59,092 bases of DNA from Candidatus Dadabacteria bacterium (GTDB lineage Bacteria; Desulfobacterota_D; UBA1144; Nemesobacterales; Nemesobacteraceae). The stretch covers positions 1 through 59,092 of the forward strand of contig RKRQ01000072.1 in NCBI GenBank assembly GCA_007571325.1. The letters run 5' to 3'. The translations under genes were made by a program, and so were the position numbers. This document shows positions 1 through 9,627 of this stretch, in pieces (position 1 is the stretch's first letter; each line of letters starts with the position of its first letter). The notes under the pieces are model-generated. The model saw only the letters and a program-made list of their open reading frames with translations. It ran no database searches and was not told where the DNA came from.

Positions 1-51
1 AGGTTATATCCTACAGATTAGGGGTCTTTTAGGAACCGGAAAAGACAAGGT

Positions 52-80
52 TTGCAATGAAGGACCGATTAACCTATAAT
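52..80 (+). promoter_or_regulatory. sigma70-type promoter of the acyl-CoA ligase gene
   Basis: TTGCAA(52-57), 17-nt spacer, TATAAT(75-80); AGGAGG RBS at 122-127 before ATG137. Confidence 0.6.
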
Positions 81-136
81 TACTCCGGGCGTTTTGATTT
101 TCAAGCGCTATAAGACTGTTCAGGAGGTTACAGTAA

Positions 137-1858
137 ATGCAATTATTATTCAAACCGCGCGAAGGTGCTTATATGGGAAGTGGAGATCTTCCCTTCGGTA
201 AATTTGAGGATACTTTGCTTTGGGAACCTATAACTAAAAATCTTGAAAAAGGTGCTGAGATGTTTCCAGAAAAAGCGATGTTCAAGGTCGGAGACCGGGA
301 TGGAAACATTGTCGAAAGCTACACTTACGCGGAAACCAACGCGTGGGCTAACAGGATGGCGAATGGCCTTTCCGAAGAATTCGGCATCAAGAAAGGGGAC
401 AAAGTAGGTATGTACATGCTCAATTGTTCTGAGTACGTAATATCGATTATAGCTATCCACAAGTGTGGTGCGGTTCAGGTTCCGATAAATAAGGACGAAA
501 AAGGGGAAAGGCTTGCATATGTGATTAACTATTCGGACATGAGAGCCCTAGTTATTGACGAGGGAAGCATACCCTTTATAGAAGAAATTGGTGGCAGTCT
601 AGATAATCTTGAAGTGATTTTCGTAACAGTTGACAATCCCCCTGAAAAAATCGGAGGGAAGGAAGCGCTTCCTTTTTCTGAATTCGATAGATATAACGAT
701 GCCAATCCTGATGTAGAGGTTACTGCCGCCGACATGGAGAGGTGTATGTTCACGTCCGGTACTACTGGAATGCCCAAAGGGGTAGCTAGGGATCACGGAG
801 GAGTGATCATGACGGTCCGTTCTTATCTTCAGCAACAGGGAATAAGAAGTGACGATGTACTTATGAGCATACTTTCCTTGGGCCATGCCAACGCTCAGGT
901 GATGTGTCTTTTCAGTTCCATGGCGGCTGGTGCTACTGCGGTGTTTTTCCCTAGGTTCTCCGCTTCTAATTTCTGGAAGTGGGCTGCCGGATGCGGCGCG
1001 ACATGTGTTAATATGCTTGGAGCGGTTGCCGAGTACCTTTGGGCGGCGCCAGAAAGCGATTGGGATCAGAAACACAGCGTGAGGATAATGCTCGGTTCTC
1101 CTGCTCCGAGGAACCTAAAAGAGTTCCAGGAAAGGTTCGGAGTCAGGGTAATAGACGGATACGGTTCTACCGAAATGGGTATGGTCCTTTGGAAAGATCC
1201 CGAGGATCACCGTCCCGGCTCCTCAGGTTTTCCCATGGAGGGATATTATGTCGAACTTAGAGATCCGCAAGATACAGATGCCGTTGTAAGAGCATTCTGG
1301 GACTCTACAGATGACATTACTCCTCCTGATGACGCAAAAGGACTTCTTTTCGTTAAACCACTTGTCCCCCATACGACCCTGAATGAATATTTTAAGGATG
1401 AAAGAAGAACCAGAGAAGCGTTTGATGATGATGGCTTTTTCAACTCAGACGATATCTTCGCGAAGGGAATAGACGGGAGATATTATTTTGTCGGAAGATT
1501 CAGCCGCATAAGAGTTTCGGGTGAAAATGTAGATCCGGTGGCAGTGGGAGACGAGTCTATGCTTTACCCTGCTATTCAGGAGGCCATAGCGGTTGGAGTA
1601 AGACTCCCGAACGTTTCGGATGATGAGATCAAGCTCTGCTTGACTCTCAAAGCTGGTGAGGAATTTGATCCGATTGAGTTCTCCAAGTGGATGGCCGAGA
1701 GGGTTATAGTCGCCATGGTACCCAGGTTCATAGAGGTTTACGAGGAAGGGTTCCCGGTAACCGCTACTCAGAAGGTCAAGATCGCTGAAATAAAGGAAAT
1801 TACAGATAAAACCTGGGACAGAAACAAAACGGGTCTCAAGTTCAGCGCTAGAAAGTAG
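137..1858 (+). CDS. AMP-dependent acyl-CoA synthetase, CaiC (crotonobetaine/carnitine-CoA ligase)-like
   Basis: ANL motifs MFTSGTTGMPKG, YGSTE, SDD..D..Y..GR and the C-terminal Lys in TATQKV; substrate not determinable. Confidence 0.85.
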   Translation: MQLLFKPREGAYMGSGDLPFGKFEDTLLWEPITKNLEKGAEMFPEKAMFKVGDRDGNIVESYTYAETNAWANRMANGLSEEFGIKKGDKVGMYMLNCSEYVISIIAIHKCGAVQVPINKDEKGERLAYVINYSDMRALVIDEGSIPFIEEIGGSLDNLEVIFVTVDNPPEKIGGKEALPFSEFDRYNDANPDVEVTAADMERCMFTSGTTGMPKGVARDHGGVIMTVRSYLQQQGIRSDDVLMSILSLGHANAQVMCLFSSMAAGATAVFFPRFSASNFWKWAAGCGATCVNMLGAVAEYLWAAPESDWDQKHSVRIMLGSPAPRNLKEFQERFGVRVIDGYGSTEMGMVLWKDPEDHRPGSSGFPMEGYYVELRDPQDTDAVVRAFWDSTDDITPPDDAKGLLFVKPLVPHTTLNEYFKDERRTREAFDDDGFFNSDDIFAKGIDGRYYFVGRFSRIRVSGENVDPVAVGDESMLYPAIQEAIAVGVRLPNVSDDEIKLCLTLKAGEEFDPIEFSKWMAERVIVAMVPRFIEVYEEGFPVTATQKVKIAEIKEITDKTWDRNKTGLKFSARK

Positions 1859-1873
1859 ATTTTCCGTTTATCC

Positions 1874-2338
1874 GTGGCGGGGCGTTCCGACGAAAGTATT
1901 ATGGCCCTAGCTATTAGGGAGGCTGAGTATGCCGCATCGGTAGGTGAGGTTCCCGTAGGTGCGGTTATTGTTGATGGAAATGGCGCTGTAATATCTGCGG
2001 CCCATAATCTTAGGGAATCTATTTCAGATGCGACCGCTCATGCCGAGATTTTGGCTATAAGACATGCGTGCGAAACTATCGGAAACTGGAGACTTTCTGA
2101 TACTTCTATTTACGTCACTCTTGAGCCATGTGCCATGTGCATGGGAGCTATAATTAACGCAAGAATGAGAAGGGTAGTATTCGGTGCTCATGATGCCAAG
2201 AGTGGCGCGCTCCTGAGCAATTTTGGGATCGGCACAGGAAAGAAACTAAACCACCGAGTGGAATTTTTAGGGGGAGTCTGCGGCGAACAGTGTGAAAAAA
2301 TCCTTGAAGATTTTTTCAGGGCGCTTAGAAACCGCTAA
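1874..2338 (+). CDS. tadA: tRNA adenosine(34) deaminase
   Basis: EVPVGAV, TAHAE and TLEPCAMC Zn-deaminase motifs; GTG start. Confidence 0.93.
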   Translation: MAGRSDESIMALAIREAEYAASVGEVPVGAVIVDGNGAVISAAHNLRESISDATAHAEILAIRHACETIGNWRLSDTSIYVTLEPCAMCMGAIINARMRRVVFGAHDAKSGALLSNFGIGTGKKLNHRVEFLGGVCGEQCEKILEDFFRALRNR

Positions 2339-2340
2339 TT

Positions 2341-2991
2341 TTATATCTGCGGACTTACGACAATTTTTTTCGAGTTGCCTTTGGTTGGAACAGTTTTGTA
2401 TTTTATGTCCTTCTGCTTGTTAAGCTCAGTGTAGGCTATTTTCCTTTCATAGGATGATAGGTGTTCAATTGAGTGGGAATTTCCACTCTGTTTTACCTTC
2501 TGTACTGTTTCAGCGACTTTTTTGGGTACGTCAGTGTCTTTTCTTTTGCCGTCATATCCAGCGATGTTTATGGCGACCCGCTTGCTCTTTCCCTCATTGC
2601 TACTTTTCGAAGCCATCTTCCCTACTATGTATTCAAGGGATTTTATTATTTCTCCATTCCTTCCTATGAGTGTTTTCTTGTCTTTAACAGACCATACTTC
2701 CAGTATTATCCTGTTTTCGGTCTCCTCCGCTTTTACACTCTGGGGAGTTGAGAACATAAAGCCTAGTATTGTTTCAAGAATCTTTTTCGCCCGAAATGCC
2801 TTTTCGCTCAAACCGCCTGTCTTTATTTCCACCCTTACTATGGCGTTTTTACTGCCTATGCCCAGAACCCCCTTGGAGTCTTCCCTGACAACTTCAATTT
2901 CCACTTCATCTTTTGAAACTCCAAGTTCCTCACAGGCATTCACTATGGCTTCGGAAATAGTTTTTCCTTCTTTTTCTATTAAATTAACCAC
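2341..2991 (-). CDS. jag: Jag/EloR (KhpB) RNA-binding protein (Jag_N, KH, R3H)
   Basis: N-terminal EGKTISEAI..A..ELG, KH LIGRNG, R3H-like LSSYERK; directly downstream of yidC. Confidence 0.88.
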   Translation of the reverse strand: MVNLIEKEGKTISEAIVNACEELGVSKDEVEIEVVREDSKGVLGIGSKNAIVRVEIKTGGLSEKAFRAKKILETILGFMFSTPQSVKAEETENRIILEVWSVKDKKTLIGRNGEIIKSLEYIVGKMASKSSNEGKSKRVAINIAGYDGKRKDTDVPKKVAETVQKVKQSGNSHSIEHLSSYERKIAYTELNKQKDIKYKTVPTKGNSKKIVVSPQI

Positions 2992-2993
2992 CG

Positions 2994-4664
2994 TTATCCT
3001 CCTTCTGGGTTCGGGACCTGTCTATTGATGTACAACTGCTGACCTATGGAGAGAATATTGCTCACAGTCCAGTAAAGTATCAAACCGGATGGCAGTCCCC
3101 AGAACATTACGGTAAAAATTATAGGCATAAATTGCATGAGTTTCATCTGCATTTCCATCGCTTCGCTCCCTGGAGACGTCATAGGGGTGAGTTTCTGCGA
3201 GAAAAACCATGAGATACCCATCAATAGGGGTAGTATACGGAATGGTATCCCTAGCACATCAAATAAATATTCGGGCTGAGATAGGTCATTTATCCAGAGA
3301 AACGAGCTGTGTCTTAAATCTATAGAATAAAGAAGGGCGAAGTAAAGGGCTATAAAAACGGGAAATTGTATCAGTAAAGGTAGACATCCCCCGAGACTGC
3401 TGAGGGGATTTATATTGTTGCTTGTGTAAAGCTTCATCATCTCGGCCTGCTGAGTAGACTTGTCGTTCTTATATTTTTCTTTCAGAGCATCGATTTCAGG
3501 TTTTAGCTTTTTCATCTTGTTCTGCACATCTTTCATCGATTTCATACTTTTCACTGTGAGGGGAAGGAATATGACTCTGAGTAGGATGGTAAGCACGACT
3601 ATTGAGATTCCATAGTTGCTGAAAAAATTATTGATGAACTTAAGAAGTACGATTGCAATCTTGGTAAGTCCCCCCACATAGCCGTAATCAATGGATTTTT
3701 CAAGCTTATATCCGGCCTCTTTGAGGTCCAGTTCGTTTCTCGGACCAAAATATGACTTCCATCCGACCTTATAGCTTTTCCCCGTGGCCGTTCTTTGCTC
3801 CGGGTAGGAGAAATCCGCTCCCGCCAGACCTTTTTCACCAACCGGTTGAAGGTACAATCCCTGATCTCCCCCTATCTCAGGCAAAAACGCACTGAGGAAA
3901 TACTTGTCGCCAAAGCCAAACCAGTTTATTTCTCCATTAAACGCTTTGGGTTCTTTTAAAGATTTCTTGGTTCGTTTGACCTCGCCTCCAACCATAGAGA
4001 CAAATTCATACAGACTGTTTGAACCACTCTCATATACAGAGTTCTCCCAGTCGATATGAACTTTCTGACTTACTTGTCGCTTTGTTCCGTTAAACACTTC
4101 AAGGTTTTCTCTGACAAAATATTTCCCAGGGTAAAAGGAGATAGTTTTGCGCACCGAAAGTCCGTTGGTTTTGTTCCAGACTAAGTTTATATTGAGGCCT
4201 TCAGGACCTACTAAAAGACTCGTATCACCATTGTAGGAGAACGGAATCTGCTCCGGCATTTTTTCGTTTTTAATTCTCAATACTGTGTTATATGAGTTTT
4301 TCCCTTCGGTTATTACCTCCATTGGCAAAGAACCTGTTTCGACCGTCTTTTTGTATTTATGAAGTCCCCAGCCAACCACTTTTCCTCCCAGAGTATCTAT
4401 CTCGGCAGTATACAGGTCAGATTTGATTCTTATTATTTGGGGAACATAAGAATCTTTTACAGGTTCAAATTCCGCAGGAAATTTCTGCAAAAAACCTGTT
4501 TCTTCAGAAAAATTTTCTTTGCCAGAAGGCGTCGATGTGGAGCGATCTATTTTTTCTTGCTTCCTTTCTTTCGGGGCTTCTGTAAAAATTGCCGAGTAAC
4601 CAACAATCACGAGTACCGACAACACCAAAAATAAAATATAGTTTTTCTTAAGATCGCTATTCAT
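2994..4664 (-). CDS. yidC: membrane protein insertase YidC
   Basis: N-terminal TM, large periplasmic domain, NYGISIVVLTILLR, GGCLPLLIQFPVF, PSGLILYW. Confidence 0.97.
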   Translation of the reverse strand: MNSDLKKNYILFLVLSVLVIVGYSAIFTEAPKERKQEKIDRSTSTPSGKENFSEETGFLQKFPAEFEPVKDSYVPQIIRIKSDLYTAEIDTLGGKVVGWGLHKYKKTVETGSLPMEVITEGKNSYNTVLRIKNEKMPEQIPFSYNGDTSLLVGPEGLNINLVWNKTNGLSVRKTISFYPGKYFVRENLEVFNGTKRQVSQKVHIDWENSVYESGSNSLYEFVSMVGGEVKRTKKSLKEPKAFNGEINWFGFGDKYFLSAFLPEIGGDQGLYLQPVGEKGLAGADFSYPEQRTATGKSYKVGWKSYFGPRNELDLKEAGYKLEKSIDYGYVGGLTKIAIVLLKFINNFFSNYGISIVVLTILLRVIFLPLTVKSMKSMKDVQNKMKKLKPEIDALKEKYKNDKSTQQAEMMKLYTSNNINPLSSLGGCLPLLIQFPVFIALYFALLYSIDLRHSSFLWINDLSQPEYLFDVLGIPFRILPLLMGISWFFSQKLTPMTSPGSEAMEMQMKLMQFMPIIFTVMFWGLPSGLILYWTVSNILSIGQQLYINRQVPNPEGG

Positions 4665-4856
4665 AATATTTTTCTTCGGGTTTTATCTAAATATGTGGAG
4701 TGCCATAATGATTTGCACAAAGCACTTGCAAAGCCGTTCCCGTTTTCTGTGCGTAACTTAGAATGTAGCAGGAAATTGAAGAGTAAGAATTCATCAGGCC
4801 AATAATACACGATAAGTTTAAATAGCAATAGACCGTTTTTTCGTTCCTAAGCGGAT

Positions 4857-5096
4857 TCATTCACCGTTTTTTTTCCTTACGGGATCATAGCCGCCCGCAC
4901 TTAGAGGGTGGCATCGTATTATTCTTACAAGAGTCATCCAAGTCCCTCTGAAAGCTCCGTGTTCACTGAGAGCTTCAATTGAATACGCGGAGCAACTGGG
5001 GAAAAACCTGCAAGTCCGGGGAAACAGAGGGGAAATGGTTTTCTGGTAAAGCATTACTAAGAAAACAAGGAATTTTACCGCAGGATTAGCTTTCAT
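4857..5096 (-). CDS. yidD: membrane protein insertion efficiency factor YidD
   Basis: YQKTISP..CRFFPSCSAY..RCHP..GGYDPV; between rnpA and yidC. Confidence 0.95.
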   Translation of the reverse strand: MKANPAVKFLVFLVMLYQKTISPLFPRTCRFFPSCSAYSIEALSEHGAFRGTWMTLVRIIRCHPLSAGGYDPVRKKNGE

Positions 5097-5452
5097 TTAA
5101 TGTGTTTCGTAAGTTTTTTTACTTCTAAGAGAAGTTCAGAAGATTTCTTATTCGATACATTGTTCTTTACTATGAATACCACGTCGTTTGAGAAAAACGC
5201 AAGCTTGTTTTTCCTGAAAAATTCTCTCAGCACCCTTTTTATTCTGTTTCTTTTCACGGAACTTGCCGACGCTTTTTTCCCTACAGACAATCCTAGGCGT
5301 GGGAAACCCAGAGAATTGGGTTTTGAGTAAAGGATAAAGTTTTCCGAATGAGTTTTAGCGCCTTCTGTCAGTATGTAGTGAAAGTCGCGGGACGTCTTTA
5401 TCTTGAATTTTGCGGGAAAAGAATTGTCGGACTCAATCGCTACTTTTTCCAT
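5093..5452 (-). CDS. rnpA: ribonuclease P protein component
   Basis: [10 protein letters not shown] and RNR motif [12 protein letters not shown]; synteny. Confidence 0.93.
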   Translation of the reverse strand: MEKVAIESDNSFPAKFKIKTSRDFHYILTEGAKTHSENFILYSKPNSLGFPRLGLSVGKKASASSVKRNRIKRVLREFFRKNKLAFFSNDVVFIVKNNVSNKKSSELLLEVKKLTKHIK

Positions 5453-5589
5453 CTCCCAACCGTTAAAACGTACCTTCCCTTGGCAATTCTTCTCCTCAGT
5501 ACGCTTCTGCCTCCCCTAGTGCTGAGTCTTGCCCGGAAACCATGCGTTCTCAGCCTCTTTTTTACGTGCGGTTGATAGGTCCTTTTCAT
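5440..5589 (-). CDS. rpmH: 50S ribosomal protein L34 (49 aa; absent from the ORF track)
   Basis: Manual translation [49 protein letters not shown]. Confidence 0.97.
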   Translation of the reverse strand: MKRTYQPHVKKRLRTHGFRARLSTRGGRSVLRRRIAKGRYVLTVGRWKK

Positions 5590-5600
5590 AGCGAGGGGTC

Positions 5601-5629
5601 AGGATAACACGTAAGGATTTGAAGGTCAA
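5601..5629 (-). promoter_or_regulatory. sigma70-type promoter of the rpmH operon
   Basis: On the minus strand: TTGACC, 17 nt, TATCCT, with an extended -10 TG. Confidence 0.55.
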
Positions 5630-5691
5630 GGAGAAAAACTTAACTCAAAAATTCTTGATGTTCGCACGACGCTTCTGGATTCTGGTGCGAA

Positions 5692-5720
5692 TTGACAACA
5701 GACAAGTTGCCATAAATAAT
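5692..5720 (+). promoter_or_regulatory. possible sigma70 promoter of oadGAB
   Basis: TTGACA(5692-5697), 17 nt, AATAAT(5715-5720); the -10 lacks its first T. Confidence 0.35.
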
Positions 5721-5765
5721 AGATGGCTATCAAATTCAAACGGTTTCTAAGATTTTTCATTCACT

Positions 5766-5996
5766 ATGATTCTTGAAGGTGCAAAACTTATGGTTATTGG
5801 TATGGCCATAGTGTATGTTTTCCTGCTCGTCTTGATGCTGAGCGTAATGCTGTCCGCTAAACTATTTAAAGATAGTGGTACTGGCGTGCCTTTGGATGCT
5901 GGAGCGTCCAAAAAATCTCGCAGGAATGTTCTTCCGGTCATAGCTACCGCAGTTGCGGCATACAGGGCAAAACGTGCCAGCGATGACAGATCTTAA
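5766..5996 (+). CDS. oadG: Na+-translocating decarboxylase gamma subunit
   Basis: Small N-terminal TM (LMVIGMAIVYVFLLVL), C-terminal VIATAVAAY; first gene of the oad operon. Confidence 0.85.
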   Translation: MILEGAKLMVIGMAIVYVFLLVLMLSVMLSAKLFKDSGTGVPLDAGASKKSRRNVLPVIATAVAAYRAKRASDDRS

Positions 5997-6013
5997 AACC
6001 CTATGGTTCTATC

Positions 6014-7831
6014 ATGAAGAAAATTTTGTTTCAGGATACATCTTTTCGCGACGGGTTTCAGTCCGTTTTCGGCGCAAGGGTACTTACAGAAGATTTTATT
6101 CCCGCAGTTGAAGCTGCACGGGAAGCGGGAATAACCCACTTTGAGGCGGGTGGTGGAGCTAGGTTCCAGAGCCTGTTTCTTTACTGCGGAGAGTCGGCTT
6201 TTGATATGATGGACCGCTTCCGTGAAGCGGCGGGTCCAGATGCCAATCTGCAGACACTGGCAAGAGGGATCAATGTGGTTGCTCTATCCCAGCAACCCAA
6301 AGACATGATAGATCTTCATGCCAAGATGTTCAAAAAGCATGGCATAACGCACATAAGAAACTTTGACGCCTTAAATGATGTCAGAAACCTTGAGTACTCG
6401 GGTGAATGCATAAAAAACGCGGGTCTACATCACCAAGCTGTGGTGACCCTCATGGAGCTTCCTCCAAGTTGTGAGGGAGCCCACGACGTGGATTTCTATA
6501 TAGATAGATTAAAGAAAATACTCGACTCGGGACTTCCTTATGATTCCATATGTTTTAAGGACGCTTCAGGAACTTCAAATCCAAAAAAGATTTATGAAAC
6601 CCTTAAGGCCGCAAGAAACCTCGTTGGGGAGAATGTTATTCTCTGGGTACACACCCATGAGACGGCCGCTCAGGGAGTCAATCAGTACATGGCAGCCATA
6701 AACGGCGGATGCGACGGAATATGCGTCGCGAGAGCCCCGGTCTCCGGAGGAACGTCACAGCCTGATCTGATATCCATGTGGAATGCTCTTAAGGGAACAG
6801 AATACACTCTGGATGTAGACGTAAGCAAAATACTTGAAGCCAATGCGGTCTTCAAGGAATGTATGTCGGGTTATTATTTCCCTCCCGAAGCCCTTCGGGT
6901 CTCTTCTGAGGTTCTTCTCTCACCGATGCCTGGTGGAGCGCTTACAGCGAACACAATGATGATGAGAGATACCGGGACCCTTGATCTTTATCCGAAAGTT
7001 ATTGAGGCAATGAGTGAATGCGTTGCCAAAGGAGGGTTTGGAACCTCTGTTACACCGGTTTCCCAGTTTTATTTCCAGCAAGCTTATGCCAACGTCACTC
7101 AGGGACCTTGGAAAAAGATCACCGATGGTTACGGAAACATGGTACTTGGTTACTTCGGTCGCACCCCAGTCGAACCAGACTCAGAAGTTGTGTCTATAGC
7201 GGAAGAACAGATGGGCAAGCCACGTTTTGAAGGCAATCCGCTTGACATACTTGATCCCGGTATTCCCAAGGCTACCGAAATTCTTGAGAAAGAAGGGCTT
7301 GAAGTTACTGATGAAAATGTATTCATAGTTGGAGCACTTCAGACTCAGGGTGGAAACAAAGGCCTTGAATTCCTCAAGGGGAATTTCAGTGTCAACGTCA
7401 GAAAGCAGACATCTGAAGAAAAACCTTCTGAAGAACGCAGGCTCAGCACCAGCGTGGCATCAAAAGTGTCTGGTACAGGTGATAATTTCGTGATTACGGT
7501 CGACGGGAGAAGTTATAACGTAACAGTAAAGGAAGGAACTTCAGAAATTGCTTCAGTGACTGAAACTCCAGCAACGAAAACTTCTCCTGCAATGGATGAG
7601 GACTCTCCAGATGTAGTGGCTGTTACCGCGAGCGTTCCGGGCAACGTATACAAGATGATGGTTGGGTCGGGAGACAAGGTAAAGGAGAACCAAACATTGA
7701 TCATGCTTGAAGCCATGAAAATGGAGACTCCTGTCGCCTCTCCATGCGACGGGGAAGTGGTATCCGTGGAAGTTGAACAGGGACAGGTCGTCGAAGCGGG
7801 TCAGCTTATCCTCACAATTCTTCCCTCTTGA
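6014..7831 (+). CDS. oadA: oxaloacetate decarboxylase alpha subunit (carboxyltransferase + biotin carrier)
   Basis: RDGFQS, FKD, HTH metal motifs; C-terminal EAMKM biotinylation site. Confidence 0.88.
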   Translation: MKKILFQDTSFRDGFQSVFGARVLTEDFIPAVEAAREAGITHFEAGGGARFQSLFLYCGESAFDMMDRFREAAGPDANLQTLARGINVVALSQQPKDMIDLHAKMFKKHGITHIRNFDALNDVRNLEYSGECIKNAGLHHQAVVTLMELPPSCEGAHDVDFYIDRLKKILDSGLPYDSICFKDASGTSNPKKIYETLKAARNLVGENVILWVHTHETAAQGVNQYMAAINGGCDGICVARAPVSGGTSQPDLISMWNALKGTEYTLDVDVSKILEANAVFKECMSGYYFPPEALRVSSEVLLSPMPGGALTANTMMMRDTGTLDLYPKVIEAMSECVAKGGFGTSVTPVSQFYFQQAYANVTQGPWKKITDGYGNMVLGYFGRTPVEPDSEVVSIAEEQMGKPRFEGNPLDILDPGIPKATEILEKEGLEVTDENVFIVGALQTQGGNKGLEFLKGNFSVNVRKQTSEEKPSEERRLSTSVASKVSGTGDNFVITVDGRSYNVTVKEGTSEIASVTETPATKTSPAMDEDSPDVVAVTASVPGNVYKMMVGSGDKVKENQTLIMLEAMKMETPVASPCDGEVVSVEVEQGQVVEAGQLILTILPS

Positions 7832-7837
7832 ACACTG

Positions 7838-9136
7838 ATGAAAAGGCTTGTACTAATTTTCGCAGTTCTTGCGTTTTCCTTGGGAATATTAACTGGGACC
7901 CCTGATTCCTTCGGGGAAACGGTCGACCAGGGTGCCATCACCACGGAGAAAACAGAGGAACTTGCGTCTCTTCCGGTACTTCTAAAAAACATTGCTACCA
8001 GTACGGGTATCTACGGGTTTATTGCAGGCAACGCATCTTCATGGGTCTATGGATTCGGGATGTTTTTGATGATCATTGTAGGGTTTCTTCTTCTCTACCT
8101 TGGTATCGCAAAGAAATTTGAGCCACTACTCCTGGTTACAATAGCTTTCGGGTGCATATTATCCAATATTCCTCTTGCAGGAATAAATGACCCCGGTGGA
8201 ATAATTTACTATGTATATGATATCGGAATAAAAACGGGTGTTTTTCCGCTTCTTATATTTATGGGAGTCGGCGCACTTACCGACTTTGGACCACTGCTGG
8301 CCAATCCTAAAACCATTCTCTTGGGAGGCGCCGCGCAGTTCGGCATTTTCTCTACTATGATCGGAGCGCTGCTACTCACTCAGTATGTTCCCGGAATTGA
8401 TTTTTCCTTAAAAGATGCGGCATCGATAGGAATAATAGGGGGAGCGGACGGACCTACCGCCATTTATCTTTCTTCACAGCTTTCCCCAAGGCTTCTTGGA
8501 GCAATTTCTGTTGCCGCATATTCTTATATGGCTCTTGTACCTATAATTCAACCTCCGATAATGAGGGCTCTCACCTCTTCTGAGGAGAGAAAAATAAGGA
8601 TGAAGCAGCTTCGCCCTGTGGCAAAGAGAGAGAAAATAATGTTTCCGCTGATTGCTCTTACTCTCTGCTTTCTCCTTCTTCCTTCCGCGGCACCGTTAAT
8701 AGGCTTTTTTATGTTTGGCAACTTGATGAGGGAGTGTGGAGTGGTGGACCGCCTATCGGATACAACGAAAAACGCACTTATCAACATTGTTACAATATTT
8801 CTAGGTCTGGGAGTTGGGTCAAGGCTTTCAGCCTATGAATTTCTCTCAATAGAAACTCTCGGCATACTTGTTTTGGGGATAGTGGCTTTCTCAATAGGCA
8901 CTGCTTCTGGGGTACTGATGGCCAAGCTTATGAATGTTTTCTCCGAAACCAAAATCAACCCTCTTATCGGCTCAGCCGGAGTTTCAGCAGTTCCTATGGC
9001 CGCACGGGTTTCCCAAGATATGGGGTCTAAGGAAGACCCCCAGAATGTGCTTCTGATGCATGCCATGGGGCCGAACGTGGCGGGGGTCGTGGGTTCAGCT
9101 GTTGCTGCGGGGATGCTGCTTGCAGTTTTCCAATGA
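7838..9136 (+). CDS. oadB: Na+-translocating decarboxylase beta subunit
   Basis: [42 protein letters not shown]. Confidence 0.95.
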   Translation: MKRLVLIFAVLAFSLGILTGTPDSFGETVDQGAITTEKTEELASLPVLLKNIATSTGIYGFIAGNASSWVYGFGMFLMIIVGFLLLYLGIAKKFEPLLLVTIAFGCILSNIPLAGINDPGGIIYYVYDIGIKTGVFPLLIFMGVGALTDFGPLLANPKTILLGGAAQFGIFSTMIGALLLTQYVPGIDFSLKDAASIGIIGGADGPTAIYLSSQLSPRLLGAISVAAYSYMALVPIIQPPIMRALTSSEERKIRMKQLRPVAKREKIMFPLIALTLCFLLLPSAAPLIGFFMFGNLMRECGVVDRLSDTTKNALINIVTIFLGLGVGSRLSAYEFLSIETLGILVLGIVAFSIGTASGVLMAKLMNVFSETKINPLIGSAGVSAVPMAARVSQDMGSKEDPQNVLLMHAMGPNVAGVVGSAVAAGMLLAVFQ

Positions 9137-9260
9137 GTTTTTGATTTTTTAGAGAGAACATTTCCCAGAGGTGGACCCTTCAATGCCGGTATCATTTTTT
9201 CCTGTCCCTTTCACAACGTTAAGGAAGCGTTTATGATGTCCATATATCCTGAAAATTAGG

Positions 9261-9301
9261 GAAAGCGTCGAAGTTGATAGGTATGCGTGTTCGACGCTTT
9301 C
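9261..9301. repeat. perfect 12-bp inverted repeat (intergenic hairpin)
   Basis: GAAAGCGTCGAA (9261-9272) and TTCGACGCTTTC (9290-9301), 17-nt loop. Confidence 0.85.
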
Positions 9302-9627
9302 AAACGGCAAACTCGCAAGCCACTCGGTACTTTACAGAAAAAAATTCCTATGGTATAAAATACTTTTAATTTCAATATGCAAGAACAAGTTAAAGTCTTT
9401 CTGCAAAGCTCTCGTGGTAGGAACACATCGGGAATGAGCGTGGCCATGTCATAGCATTGGAGTGAGCGGTTCAAGCATGTGAAACAAACCTGTAGCCAAG
9501 CCGAACGGGCCTTTTGGAATCATTTTCTTGATTTTTTGGCAAATAACGTTATTAATATCCGCTTGAAAATGTTTATATGTTTTGACATACAAATTTAAGT
9601 CGTTATTTAGTGCAGGAGGTTTTAAAA

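Noticed and set aside
9167-9178. 12-mer AGAGGTGGACCC shared with rc 20767-20778
   Set aside because: Many chance 12-mer matches are expected in 59 kb; no extension on either side
9256-9474. 72-aa minus-strand ORF / possible transposase relic
   Set aside because: No recognisable motif in the frames I translated; weak start
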